NCBI GenBank assembly: GCA_963705305.1 | Contig: OY970067.1 | Span: forward strand, 1,696,001 to 1,760,000 | From: an uncultured Methylomirabilota bacterium | Lineage (GTDB): Bacteria; Methylomirabilota; Methylomirabilia; Methylomirabilales; 2-02-FULL-66-22 | Reading direction: 5' to 3' | Length of the DNA stretch: 64,000 nucleotides | Part shown: positions 1-9,921 of the stretch, in pieces | Numbering within the stretch: the first letter of the stretch is position 1 | Layout of the letters: each line of letters begins with the position of its first letter | Translations under genes and position numbers: made by a program | The notes under the pieces: generated by a model | The model's database searches: none | The model's input: the letters and a program-made list of their open reading frames with translations, nothing else | Told to the model about the DNA's origin: nothing

Positions 1-160
1 GAAGGCCCAGCACCACACCCTCCGACAAGGTCGTAGTGATCGCTTGCGGGACTGCACCGCTCGAGATTGCCCTTTCGAGCCCTCCTGCTTGCGCGATTGC
101 TCTCGCTCTCGCTTGCATTACCTCAAGACGCCCCATGTGCTGTGCCGGTACGTTCCCCAT
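1..160 (-). CDS. N-terminus of a probable ThDP-dependent enzyme, IolD-like (runs off the window)
   Basis: Manual translation from ATG 160: MGNVPAQHMGRLEVMQARARAIAQAGGLERAISSGAVPQAITTTLSEGVVLGL, open to base 1. It resembles, from recall, the N-terminus of a variant IolD-like ThDP family (RARAIA..GGL...TLSE.LVLGL). Same strand as, and downstream of, the ABC permeases. Confidence 0.5.
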   Translation of the reverse strand, partial: MGNVPAQHMGRLEVMQARARAIAQAGGLERAISSGAVPQAITTTLSEGVVLGL

Positions 161-413
161 GATCTTCCACCTGCCTGCTTCTGCTCCGTGATGAACCCAC
201 AATGTACTGGGCATCTAATCGGGCTCTGCCCTCGTTCCCACGGGAAGACTCGCACGGTCCTGGAGGTCGCACCCTCCTGTCGGATCTAAAGTCTCGCGTA
301 TCAGCGCGACGTACCCACACCTATTGCACCCACCCGTAATAAGGTCGTCCGTAATCCACCCCGAAAACGCTTCTCGCCCTTTCCTACCCTCTTTCCTCCA
401 TCCCCCACTCACT

Positions 414-1274
414 TCAACCCTTCACTGCTCCAGCAGTCATTCCAGCAACGAAATAACGTTGGAAAAACATATACACGATGACGACTGGAAGTGAGCCCAA
501 GAGAGCTGCTGCCATAAGCGGACCCCAAAAAAACACATCACCGAGGACAAGTTGACTCACCACTCCTACAGGCACAGTTTTACTGGCGTCGCTTTGGATG
601 AAAACCAGGGCGTACAAGAATTCATTCCAGGACAGAGTAAATGCAAAAATCCCTGCCGACACAAGGCCGGGCAAGCTAACTGGTAGGACAATGCGAACCA
701 ACGTGCGAATTCTTCCACACCCATCCATCATCGCGCATTCTTCAATTTCTTTCGGGATGGTCCTAAAATACCCCATAAGCATCCAGGAGCAGAATGGAAC
801 CAAAAACGTGGGATACGTCACGATAAGCGCGAAGTCAGAGTTTCCAAGTCCGAGCGCTTGAACGACGTGTGCTAGAGGGATGAACATCATCGCTGGCGGG
901 ACCAAGTAGGTAACGAAGAGCCCTGTCGCCATCCACGTGGATCCGCGAAAACGTAGTCGAGCTAGGCTGTAGCCCGTCAAGATTCCAACGATTAGAGAGA
1001 TAACCGTTGCTCCAAGGGCGACAACTACGCTGTTTCGCAGCCACACAAGAAAGGGAAGTTTTGTGAACAGATACACATAGTGCTCCCAGGTAACCCGCGG
1101 GAGTGCGAACGGAGAAAGGGAGATGTTATACAAGTCCCCGTTTGGTTTGAGTGAGGTGATAGTAATCCAGACAAACGGAAACAAATTAAAAATCAGGAAA
1201 GGCACAAGGACGGCGTAGGCCATTATGCTGTAAACGCGAGAATTCCAACCGGCCGTCGCACCGAGGGAACGCAT
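414..1274 (-). CDS. Carbohydrate ABC transporter permease (MalG-like)
   Basis: EAA-loop motif IPKEIEECAMMDGC, FTLSWNEFL, C-terminal GMTAGAVKG; hydrophobic segments. Confidence 0.95.
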   Translation of the reverse strand: MRSLGATAGWNSRVYSIMAYAVLVPFLIFNLFPFVWITITSLKPNGDLYNISLSPFALPRVTWEHYVYLFTKLPFLVWLRNSVVVALGATVISLIVGILTGYSLARLRFRGSTWMATGLFVTYLVPPAMMFIPLAHVVQALGLGNSDFALIVTYPTFLVPFCSWMLMGYFRTIPKEIEECAMMDGCGRIRTLVRIVLPVSLPGLVSAGIFAFTLSWNEFLYALVFIQSDASKTVPVGVVSQLVLGDVFFWGPLMAAALLGSLPVVIVYMFFQRYFVAGMTAGAVKG

Positions 1275-1275
1275 C

Positions 1276-2199
1276 CTAGACCTCCGTCCTGCGCAGATAC
1301 AGGAGTTGCAGGTAGATCATTACTACCAATACAGGAAAGAGGTAGAGGGAGATCGCGACCGCCTCTCCGATTCTACCTGCGACGAGTCCGGTCTGGTACG
1401 CCAACGTGGCAAAGATGTGAGTGCTGTTCATCGGGCCGCCGCGAGTAATAATGTAGACAATCTCAAAATCGAAAAACGTCCAAATCGTGGAGAATAGCGT
1501 GACGACTGCAAGTACGCTCTGCAGATGGGGTAGGGTCACATGCAGAAACCGATGCCAGGCACTTGCACCGTCGATAGCAGCTGCTTCGTAGAGTTCTTCC
1601 GGAATGGTCTGAAGCCCTCCAAGTAGTGCAATGCCAAAGAAGGGCGTGCCTCGCCACACATTCACGATGATCACGGAAACCAGGGCCAAATGTGGCGAAG
1701 CGAGCCAGAGAAATCCCTGCTTGCTAATTCCAAGCGTCCGGAGAAGATAGTTGATGACCCCAAACATGTCGTTATACATCCAAAGCCACACAAGGGCACT
1801 CAGCGCGGTGGGGATGACCCAGGGGAGGAGGAGAATTCCACGAAAGAAACTGCGGAGCCAATCAATCTGGTTGAGCGCCAACGCCATCACTGTTCCGAGC
1901 GCTACTTTTAGGATCACTGAAACGATGCAGTAAATTGCAGCATTATGGAGCATCTGACGGAAAATGTCGCTGCGTGCCAGCGCGATAAAATTCTGCAAGC
2001 CTGTGAATTTCCCAGCTTGCCCGATTACTTTATCTGTGAAGCTCCACGTTACGGCCAGCACAAACGGATACGCCATTAGGCCGAGGACTAAAATAAGGAT
2101 CGGAAGCATCATAAGATAGGCAGTTGTTTCCTCATGGTTAGAGAATACGCGAAGGTATCTCGTTCGGGTTGCGGCCACTCCTGCAAGGGGAACATCCAT
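1276..2199 (-). CDS. Carbohydrate ABC transporter permease (MalF-like)
   Basis: LQTIPEELYEAAAIDGAS, TRGGP motifs; start chosen at ATG 2199 after a purine-rich RBS (ORF open to 2295). Confidence 0.93.
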   Translation of the reverse strand: MDVPLAGVAATRTRYLRVFSNHEETTAYLMMLPILILVLGLMAYPFVLAVTWSFTDKVIGQAGKFTGLQNFIALARSDIFRQMLHNAAIYCIVSVILKVALGTVMALALNQIDWLRSFFRGILLLPWVIPTALSALVWLWMYNDMFGVINYLLRTLGISKQGFLWLASPHLALVSVIIVNVWRGTPFFGIALLGGLQTIPEELYEAAAIDGASAWHRFLHVTLPHLQSVLAVVTLFSTIWTFFDFEIVYIITRGGPMNSTHIFATLAYQTGLVAGRIGEAVAISLYLFPVLVVMIYLQLLYLRRTEV

Positions 2200-2570
2200 T
2201 CTTCCCCCTATATCTTTCTGAGAAACACCGCCCCGTTCCGATGAGATCATCGAATCTCCTGTTGTGCCCACCTGTTTGCCGGGATCTTTGCCCACCTCAC
2301 AAATGCGAGCCGATTGCTGGCTTCATGGCACGTTGAATTGTGGATTCTGAGGCAACACCGAAAGCAATTGGCCTAGTGCTATTCCGTACAACCTTCACAC
2401 CCCAAACCCCCAAGTTCTCAGGAAGTGCAGGCCCCCGCTTAGTTCAAATAGGCCTGCTCGTAAGGGCTCCCCGGGTGTCTCAATTTTTCGGTACCTTGGG
2501 TCCTGGTCGCCAATCTCGCCTTTGGTGCCTTGGTAGCGGGACAATTACCGGATCAAGGGTTAAGGGCTTT

Positions 2571-2602
2571 TCCCCTGTCAGGACCTGCGCCCTGACAGGG
2601 GA
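2571..2602 (-). terminator. Perfect 12-bp stem-loop directly after the solute-binding-protein gene (partial terminator or mRNA stabiliser)
   Basis: TCCCCTGTCAGG-N8-CCTGACAGGGGA, 13 nt after the SBP stop. Confidence 0.6.
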
Positions 2603-2615
2603 GTCGGCCACCAGC

Positions 2616-3878
2616 CTACTGTCTGGAATAGATCTCTTTCATTTCTGCCACCGCTTTGTTTATCGATTCCTGGACCGGCATTCCTTGGGCAACCCTCGCT
2701 GCCATATCTACCAGGATGAACTTCGCATTCACCTCCGCTGCCGCCCGGGTAACCGGCCCCGGCCAGCCGATGGCCCGAACGTATTGCGAAACTTCAGCAT
2801 ACGCTTTCAGGTTCGGATCTTTCGTCCACATGGGAAGGCCGACATATGCGCCCAGGATCGGGCTCATGTTTCCCTCGCCCGACTCGAGCCATTTCCCATA
2901 CTGCTCCGGCGCCATCAGATACCGGATCAAATCCTTCGCCAGGCCTTGATTCTTGCTGTACTTGAACACGCCGAACTCATACATTTCGGCGTATTGAGCC
3001 CGGGCGACTGGCCCTCGCGGGTAAACGACATGACCGGTAACTGGACGGAGAGCCGGCGCGTCCTTCGTTGTAGCCCAGTAGATGCTTCCCGTATTCCCGG
3101 TCATTGAGATAGCTCCGGCGAGATACATGCGATTATTCGAGGAGTCATCCCAGCCTAACACGGCCGGAGGCATTTCTTTGTAAAGCTTCGCGATGAATTC
3201 GAGAGCCTCGCGAGTTTCGGGAGAGTTGAGCGCGATCGTTTTGCCGTTCTTTTCCACTTCCTTGGCCCCATATGACCAGAGGACGGAATAGACAAAATTG
3301 TTAGCATCACCGGTGGCATGGCCAAGCGGGAATCCCACCGGATGGCCTTCTGCCTGCAGCTTCTTCCCAATTCGGAGGACGTCCTCCCAGGTATCCGGAG
3401 GCGTTTCTCCCACTTTTTTGATCAGGTCTTTGCGATAAACAAGGGCGTGGAAAGAGCCATAGTGGGGGACGGCTTTCCAGTGGCCCCCGACGATGCAGAC
3501 CTGCTTGGCAACGTCCACCCAACCACCGAGCTTGGCTCCGAGGTCGTTCGCAACATCGTCCATGTTGATAAGCTTATCGGCGAACAGATTGGGGCCCGTG
3601 ACCGGGAAGTAGATGATATCCGGCCCAACACCGGTCTCTGCGGCCGCCGCGGCTTTCGCGGTTAGATCATCCAGCGATACAAACTCGACCTCTGCCGAGA
3701 CACCTTTCGACTTCGCCCAATCCTGGACTTGCTGCTTAAACACATCATTGGTAGTGGGTGTAAATTGCCCGCGAACCGTAACGGTGAGTCTCGTTTGCGC
3801 TGAAGCCTTTGGAGCGCCTGCTCCCAAAGTAAGTACCAGTGTCGCAACCACACAGAACATCCATCCCAAGCGTTTCAT
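2616..3878 (-). CDS. Carbohydrate ABC transporter extracellular solute-binding protein
   Basis: Signal peptide (MKRLGW...ASAQ), GPDII, PPDTWED, WDDSSNNR motifs; adjacent to permeases; GGAGGAG RBS. Confidence 0.92.
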   Translation of the reverse strand: MKRLGWMFCVVATLVLTLGAGAPKASAQTRLTVTVRGQFTPTTNDVFKQQVQDWAKSKGVSAEVEFVSLDDLTAKAAAAAETGVGPDIIYFPVTGPNLFADKLINMDDVANDLGAKLGGWVDVAKQVCIVGGHWKAVPHYGSFHALVYRKDLIKKVGETPPDTWEDVLRIGKKLQAEGHPVGFPLGHATGDANNFVYSVLWSYGAKEVEKNGKTIALNSPETREALEFIAKLYKEMPPAVLGWDDSSNNRMYLAGAISMTGNTGSIYWATTKDAPALRPVTGHVVYPRGPVARAQYAEMYEFGVFKYSKNQGLAKDLIRYLMAPEQYGKWLESGEGNMSPILGAYVGLPMWTKDPNLKAYAEVSQYVRAIGWPGPVTRAAAEVNAKFILVDMAARVAQGMPVQESINKAVAEMKEIYSRQ

Positions 3879-4000
3879 CTGACTCTCCTCCATTCCGCCG
3901 ATTGTAACGGAAGATCGTCTTGCTCCTTCAAACCATTCCCACGCTACACGGCATCACCTCCTTCGAGGGGTTTGGCTATCGCGCGGTCGAGAGGACCAGC

Positions 4001-4891
4001 TTAGCGTGAAAAACTTGCCCATTCTTCGACGAGCTTGACGACCGCTGAGGCATCCTCACGCCCCAAGCCTTTGGATTGCGCAATGAGGTTGATCTGCTGC
4101 GCTGCTGCCCCGAGGATGAGGGGAACCCCCAACCGCTGGCTCGTCTCGAGCACAACGTTCATGTCTTTTATCTGAATGTCGAGCGCCCCTCGGGTCGTGA
4201 AGTCGCGATTGATGATCAAGGGGAGCTTGTCGCGCCACACCCATGAATCTCCCGCACTGTTTTTGATCGCCTCATGAACCAAGGACAGGTCCAAGCCAGA
4301 CTTCTCGGCGAGGACTACGGCCTCGGCCATCACAATGAAGCCGACTGTGACGAGGAGCTGATTGATCATTTTGACGGTCTGCCCATCACCGAGGTTCTTC
4401 CCGCAGAAGTACACGTTCCTCGCCACGGCCCGTAAGATGGGACGCGCAGCCTCGAAGACTTGCGGGTCGCCTCCTAACATCAGAGTGAGGTTCCCGCTTT
4501 GGGCACCCCGAACGCCACCGCTCATCGGGGAATCCAGCACCCGCACATCTCGAGGTACTGCGGCTTGTCCAACACCCTGAACCTCTCCGGGGGAAATCGT
4601 GGAACAGATGGACAAGGTTGTGCCTGCTTGCATGCCTGCCAAGACGCCATTTGCGCCCAATATCGCCTCTTGGATCTGGGGAAAATTAAGGAGGACCGAG
4701 AAGATAAAACTGCTCTTAGAGCCAAGGTCGCGAGGCGAGGCGGCCGCGTGCGCCCCCTCGGCAACAAGCGCTTGAACGGGCTCCGGCCTGACGTCGTAAA
4801 CCCAAACCTCATGACCTCCCTTGATCGAGTTACGCGCAATACCGGAACCCATAGATCCCAATCCAATTACCCCCACACTTGCTTTCATCAT
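4001..4891 (-). CDS. NAD(P)-dependent beta-hydroxyacid dehydrogenase (3-hydroxyisobutyrate dehydrogenase / tartronate semialdehyde reductase family)
   Basis: GVIGLGSMG Rossmann motif, DSPMSGG, KMINQ catalytic Lys motif. Confidence 0.92.
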   Translation of the reverse strand: MMKASVGVIGLGSMGSGIARNSIKGGHEVWVYDVRPEPVQALVAEGAHAAASPRDLGSKSSFIFSVLLNFPQIQEAILGANGVLAGMQAGTTLSICSTISPGEVQGVGQAAVPRDVRVLDSPMSGGVRGAQSGNLTLMLGGDPQVFEAARPILRAVARNVYFCGKNLGDGQTVKMINQLLVTVGFIVMAEAVVLAEKSGLDLSLVHEAIKNSAGDSWVWRDKLPLIINRDFTTRGALDIQIKDMNVVLETSQRLGVPLILGAAAQQINLIAQSKGLGREDASAVVKLVEEWASFSR

Positions 4892-4908
4892 GGCTCCTCT
4901 CAGGCTAC

Positions 4909-5835
4909 TTACGGCCCATACTTTCGGACTGGACTGATGCTCGCCAAGGCTGCAGCTGTTTGAGAATGCGTCGTGCCTTCCTCCGGAATCCCTGCGAGAC
5001 CGGCATCGCCGGACGTTCTGGGTGGTCCGGCAGGAAGACCTGTCAGTTCAAGGCAGGCCTTTATTGTCCCGGGGAAGGGACCTGTTCGGAACAGGATGTC
5101 GAACGGCTCTAATACCTTGTGGAGGCGCTCGATTTCTGCACGCTTCCCCTGGCGGGCCGCTTCGTACAAGGCAATGAATTCCCGTGGGGCCACATTCGCG
5201 GTCGCGAGAACAGCCCCGCGTGCACCGAGTTGTACTGCCGCGGCAAAATCCAGTTGACCAGCGGGTAGGTAACGGAAGGCCCCTCCCTGAAGCGGTACAC
5301 ATGCTTTCGCGAGCCGAAGGTTTCCGGTCCCATCGAAGATCCCGGCAAAGCGATTCGACATGCGCGCAAGCCGCTTGACCGTCTTCACGTCCAGCGCCAC
5401 ACCGCCCGCACGGGCGGGATTGTTGTACGCGTACACCGGGCAGCGCACGCCGCGGATGATCGCCCGATAGTGCTGATACAGTTCCTCTGTCGAGGGCTTC
5501 AGGTAGTAGGGCGTGATCAGACCTAATCCATCCACGCCCTCTGTTTCCGCCTCTTGGGAGATGTGAAGTGTCTCTTTGGTGGAGACAGTCCCGGAATTGA
5601 CAATGACTGGCACGCGACCTGACACTGCCCTCACGCCAGCGCGGGCGATGCGCCGCCGCTCCTCCCGCGTCAGCGAGAAGAACTCCCCCTGGCTAGCAAG
5701 CAGGTATACCCCGTGCACCCCAGCCCTCAGGAGAAACTCGATGAGTTCCCGGAGTGCACCGAGATCAGGCTCCTGGGTCGGATTCATGGGAGTGACGGTC
5801 GCGACCACGATGCCGTGTAGATCTTTCACGTACAT
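4909..5835 (-). CDS. DHDPS/NAL-family (class I aldolase fold) protein with Phe in place of the Schiff-base Lys; probable +1 frameshift near 5017
   Basis: TPM, ASQGEF, TPYY, YNNP motifs; GIFDGTG where the family has GxKD[ST]xG. Confidence 0.85.
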   Translation of the reverse strand: MYVKDLHGIVVATVTPMNPTQEPDLGALRELIEFLLRAGVHGVYLLASQGEFFSLTREERRRIARAGVRAVSGRVPVIVNSGTVSTKETLHISQEAETEGVDGLGLITPYYLKPSTEELYQHYRAIIRGVRCPVYAYNNPARAGGVALDVKTVKRLARMSNRFAGIFDGTGNLRLAKACVPLQGGAFRYLPAGQLDFAAAVQLGARGAVLATANVAPREFIALYEAARQGKRAEIERLHKVLEPFDILFRTGPFPGTIKACLELTGLPAGPPRTSGDAGLAGIPEEGTTHSQTAAALASISPVRKYGP

Positions 5836-5854
5836 ACCCCTGGCCTACATCTAT

Positions 5855-6697
5855 CTATCCGTCTGATTGTCTGCGGAACAACTTTCTAAAGGCCAATCCT
5901 TGCTCCATACAATACTTGTATATGACTTCTACATCCCAGCCTATGCAGAAGTGCTTTACCCCCATTCGCAAGTAGCAATCCGCTCCCTTGCATTCACCGA
6001 GTTCGACTCGGGGAGTAACCCCCATGGCAAGCGCTGTCTCGATGGTGTAGCGCTCAGCTTCCCTAACCCTTGGGTGATTCCATTGCCCGGGAATTCCAAT
6101 GCTCATAGAATAGTCAGCAGGGCCAAACTGGACCATATCTATCCCAGGAACCGCAAGGATGTCTTTAAGCCGCTCTATGGCAGACTCTTTCTCGATCATA
6201 ATACCAATGACACTATCTTGAAGCTGATCCACATACACCTCTGAGCCTGGGGACATTACATACCCGACATCTCTCCTCATTCCTGCCCCATTCCTGCCAC
6301 CACCGACTGGTGATTCGGACCGTACGGCAGCAACACACTGCATTGCATCCTCAACCGTCCGGACATCAGGAAATAGAATATTCTGAATTCCAGAACCAAG
6401 CGCCCGGCTCGCAATGTATGCTCTCGGCTCTTCTTCAACTTTCATCATTGACGACATGTGAGCAAATAAATCTACGGCACGCCCAAAATTCTCCAATGAG
6501 GAGAGATCGTAAGGGGCGTATTCACCCACAAATTCGATATAATCGATGACCCCAGTTTGGCCAATAACCTCCACTAGGCCCGGCCATATCGCATGGACGT
6601 GTGTCCCCAAGCTCGGTTTCCCATCCTTCAAGAGTTCCCTGAGAATGTTTTTTCGCTTGGGCCTCTTTCGATCGTTCATCGGCTGCATTTCTTTCAT
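5855..6697 (-). CDS. HpcH/HpaI-family class II aldolase
   Basis: ALGSGIQNILFP, IMIEK, FGPADYS metal-binding motifs; start uncertain (6679-6718). Confidence 0.85.
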   Translation of the reverse strand: MKEMQPMNDRKRPKRKNILRELLKDGKPSLGTHVHAIWPGLVEVIGQTGVIDYIEFVGEYAPYDLSSLENFGRAVDLFAHMSSMMKVEEEPRAYIASRALGSGIQNILFPDVRTVEDAMQCVAAVRSESPVGGGRNGAGMRRDVGYVMSPGSEVYVDQLQDSVIGIMIEKESAIERLKDILAVPGIDMVQFGPADYSMSIGIPGQWNHPRVREAERYTIETALAMGVTPRVELGECKGADCYLRMGVKHFCIGWDVEVIYKYCMEQGLAFRKLFRRQSDG

Positions 6698-7044
6698 ATG
6701 ATTTGCTTCCTTAATCACTTAACCCGGCGATAGCGGACACCCCCATCTTCAAGTCAAGCAGGGCGGGCGACAAGGGCGCCAAAACATAGGGGACGCTTAG
6801 GTGGCATCCGGCCAGCGGAGTGGCGCCTTCGAGCCGGTTCTTCGGCTCGGCGAGCCAGTCCCGTCGACCTCGAGTCGACGTAACCGTGGGATCCGTGCTG
6901 TATGTCCACCGGAGGACTCGACAGCGATCACAGGGCTAACCCCTCAGCTTGCGGCGGAGGGTCGTTGGGATTCCGCCCGCCGCAGTGTAAGTACATTCGA
7001 TGCATTAGTATTTGAAAGGGTCGCCGCCCTAATTCTATCTCATT

Positions 7045-7914
7045 TTAGAAAGAACTGAGAATCTGGGTTGTCTCCTTCTCGGTCAGCGTGACGAATTCAT
7101 GCTTGGACAGCGTATTTTGCAGCATGGCCTGCGTCCATATGTCGAAATCTGGTCGGGCGGGCAGGTCGAACCAGTCTTCGGCAGGCTGTAGTACAACATT
7201 AGGATTGTACTGCCAGGCGATGTCCCAAACCTCCTCTGGGTGTGCCATGAGGAAGATGATTTTCCCTTGATAGCCTTTCTTCATGTGATAGACGCATGGG
7301 ACATAGTGGCCCACCTGCCATCCTATCTTCTTCATCTCTTCGATCGTAAACAAAGCAAAGACTTCGGGGTCGATGCTCAGTTCGTAATTGCCATGCACAT
7401 GGGTGACCCCGCTCACGCGTGGATCTTCAACTAGGTACAGCAGTTCCTTCCAATGTTTGCTAACAAAATACTGTTGAATGATCCGGCGCTCCTTCGGGCC
7501 GACGCACTTGAACTCGAACTGCTTTAGGTAAGTATCCATATAGCCTTTCCCCCACCAGATCAGATTCTTCCCCTCCTCGCCTTCGGCCGGGGGCATTGGC
7601 TTGAGTGCGATCCCCTCCTTGAAGGTGCCGAACATGTCAAAACCAGGCTGAGGGCCGAAGGGGTGCACGCTGTGCAGGCCGGACAAGCCGGGGCGAGGGG
7701 ATGTTAGGTCGATTTTCCGATCGATGGGCAGGCCCTGTTTTTTGAGGTTCGCCGCCACAATCGGGCTAAGGCTGTTCAGGTCAATCGCATTGTTGACAAA
7801 GATGTGGATGTGATAGACCTCCTCCGATGGATGGCGGTATAAATCCAACAACGCATTCCACTGATCGGATTTAAAATAGTCCATCACCTCGCCGACGATC
7901 TGTGCCCGATTCAT
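7045..7914 (-). CDS. Uncharacterised internally duplicated HxH protein, paralog 1
   Basis: AAGGAG RBS before ATG 7914; two repeats YFKSDQW...YHIHIF and YFVSKHW...THVHGN; aligns by eye with 9922-10797 and 18354-19225. Confidence 0.85.
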   Translation of the reverse strand: MNRAQIVGEVMDYFKSDQWNALLDLYRHPSEEVYHIHIFVNNAIDLNSLSPIVAANLKKQGLPIDRKIDLTSPRPGLSGLHSVHPFGPQPGFDMFGTFKEGIALKPMPPAEGEEGKNLIWWGKGYMDTYLKQFEFKCVGPKERRIIQQYFVSKHWKELLYLVEDPRVSGVTHVHGNYELSIDPEVFALFTIEEMKKIGWQVGHYVPCVYHMKKGYQGKIIFLMAHPEEVWDIAWQYNPNVVLQPAEDWFDLPARPDFDIWTQAMLQNTLSKHEFVTLTEKETTQILSSF

Positions 7915-7939
7915 TGTAGTCTCCTTTTTCATTGCCAAG

Positions 7940-8968
7940 TCACGACAACCTCACCGCCTCGCCTGTCTTGGATCCGTCGTAGATTGCCAACGCAATCCGG
8001 AGAGCCTCGATGCCATCCCGAACGTCGGGGCTGAGCGGCTCCCCTGCAGCCACGGAGCTGATGAAGTGCGAGAGCGCGCCATGGTACCCGTTCAGGACGT
8101 ACGTCTGCCATTCCCGAAAGCTCACATGCGTGGATTGCGGCTCCAGATACTCGGCCGGGGTGGGCTCCTCAAGCATATCTTGCGTCTGACCAATCCGGCG
8201 GGAAGATTTCGGGGGTTTCCACCAGTGGAATATCCGACTGTTGTCCACCACGATAACGTTGTTGTTCCCCACAAGCTCCACCCGCTCTCCGCCAGTGTAC
8301 CAGACACTTAGGCTATTGATATTGTAGGCGCCAACCGCCCCGCTCGCGAACGAGAGCGTGACCGCGAAGGCCACTTGGCCAGCTCGGATTTCGTAGGCCC
8401 GCGTGATGACTTCTCGGACCTCCCCCATGAAGAAGCGGCCTAAATCGAACAAGTGCACGGCGCCGACGGTCAACTGGTCGAGCGTTGACGGCCGGTGACC
8501 ACCGACAAATTTGGCGTCCAGCATCGAGGTGCCGCCGAACTCCGGGAGCATCGAGATGGTCTTGGCTCGCTGATACAACGGGTTGAACCGCTTGTTGAAT
8601 CCGACCATGACCTGCTTCCCTGTCCGCGCCACGGTCTCCGCAATCCGCTCGGCTTCCGCAAGGGTCGTGGCGAGCGGTTTTTCGCTGTAGACATCCAAAC
8701 CAGCCTCGAGGCAGGCCATGGTGAGTTTCGGCTGCACGGTGGGAACGGATAACACGACGGCAGCATCTGCCCGCTCCTTCTTGAGCATCTGCTCCACATC
8801 CGTGTAATGCGGAACATTTCCGAAGCCCCGGGCAGCGCGCTGCGCACGCTCCGAATCGAGATCACAGCATGCAACCACTTCCGCGTCCTCAATCTCCCGG
8901 ATAGAAGGATGGAGTATGATGCTTGCGTGCTTTCCACACCCGACGAGCACCACACGGACTGGTTTCAT
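7940..8968 (-). CDS. Gfo/Idh/MocA family oxidoreductase
   Basis: LVGCG, SEKP, GFNKRF, HLFDL motifs; GGAGG RBS. Confidence 0.92.
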   Translation of the reverse strand: MKPVRVVLVGCGKHASIILHPSIREIEDAEVVACCDLDSERAQRAARGFGNVPHYTDVEQMLKKERADAAVVLSVPTVQPKLTMACLEAGLDVYSEKPLATTLAEAERIAETVARTGKQVMVGFNKRFNPLYQRAKTISMLPEFGGTSMLDAKFVGGHRPSTLDQLTVGAVHLFDLGRFFMGEVREVITRAYEIRAGQVAFAVTLSFASGAVGAYNINSLSVWYTGGERVELVGNNNVIVVDNSRIFHWWKPPKSSRRIGQTQDMLEEPTPAEYLEPQSTHVSFREWQTYVLNGYHGALSHFISSVAAGEPLSPDVRDGIEALRIALAIYDGSKTGEAVRLS

Positions 8969-8969
8969 A

Positions 8970-9821
8970 TCAGAACCCCTCCTGGGCTTTCCCAAAAGCG
9001 TGACGCGAAATCTCTTCAAAGAAGTGTCGGCTCTCCCTTGCCACATCTTCAGGCTCACCCGCATACCCGAATGCATTCGCCTCATATTCGATCGAAAGAA
9101 AGTCGTCGAATCCAACCTCCCTCAGCGCACGCAAGACGTCGATGAAATCAATAGACCCTTGCCCAAGCGGGGGGAAGGCATATTTGTCAGGGGTCCCGAC
9201 GGCGTCCTTCAGGTGGACATGCACAATAGATGTGCCCAGATCCCGGATTGCGCGGCCAGGATCGTCGCCATGAACTTGGAGGTGGCTCGGGTCGAGATTC
9301 ACCTTGAGCCGGCAATCCCCGAGCTCCGCCTGGAGCCGTCGCATCGATTTAGAGTCGCAGACCATCATATTGACCACTGGTTCGAGTGCAAAGGTGACAC
9401 CTCGGATTGCTGCGTGCTCAAGACAGTCATGGATCCCAGCTAGCAGCCAATCCCAGGCAGTTTCAGCAGGCAGACCTTGGGGAGGGGAGCCCGTAAGGCC
9501 ATGGACCACGGGTACCTCGAGGTCACAGGCGAGGTCGATACACCCTTTGACAAACGCCCTCGCGTCCTGGCGCGCGGGTGCCTCTATCGAGAGAAAACTA
9601 ATGTGAGCCGCAATCGAGGAAACAGGAAGAGCGTGACGGTGGAGCAACTGCCGAAGGTGGTCTCTTTCTTGCCGTGTTAGCCCAGGTGTGACGTGGGGTG
9701 CGGCCCACGGAAGGGTCTCGGCATTCAACTCGATTCCATCGTAGCCTAGTTCGGAAAGTCGGGGAATAACCCTGTCAAGCGCACTTTGATGGAACGCTAC
9801 GCTATTGAACGCGAGCCGCAT
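8970..9821 (-). CDS. Sugar phosphate isomerase/epimerase (xylose-isomerase-like TIM barrel)
   Basis: GYDGIEL, ALEP, NLDPSHL, HVHLKD, SIEYE metal ligands. Confidence 0.92.
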   Translation of the reverse strand: MRLAFNSVAFHQSALDRVIPRLSELGYDGIELNAETLPWAAPHVTPGLTRQERDHLRQLLHRHALPVSSIAAHISFLSIEAPARQDARAFVKGCIDLACDLEVPVVHGLTGSPPQGLPAETAWDWLLAGIHDCLEHAAIRGVTFALEPVVNMMVCDSKSMRRLQAELGDCRLKVNLDPSHLQVHGDDPGRAIRDLGTSIVHVHLKDAVGTPDKYAFPPLGQGSIDFIDVLRALREVGFDDFLSIEYEANAFGYAGEPEDVARESRHFFEEISRHAFGKAQEGF

Positions 9822-9921
9822 TCCGATTTCTCCTGTAAATACCTTAGGGAGAAATACCGCCGCCCCGCGAAACCAACCTCCAGCCCGGCACATCAGTGCC
9901 GGGCTGGAGAGTTCGAGTGGT

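Noticed and set aside
2340..3107. 255-aa plus-strand ORF
   Set aside because: Mostly antisense to the SBP gene, no motifs
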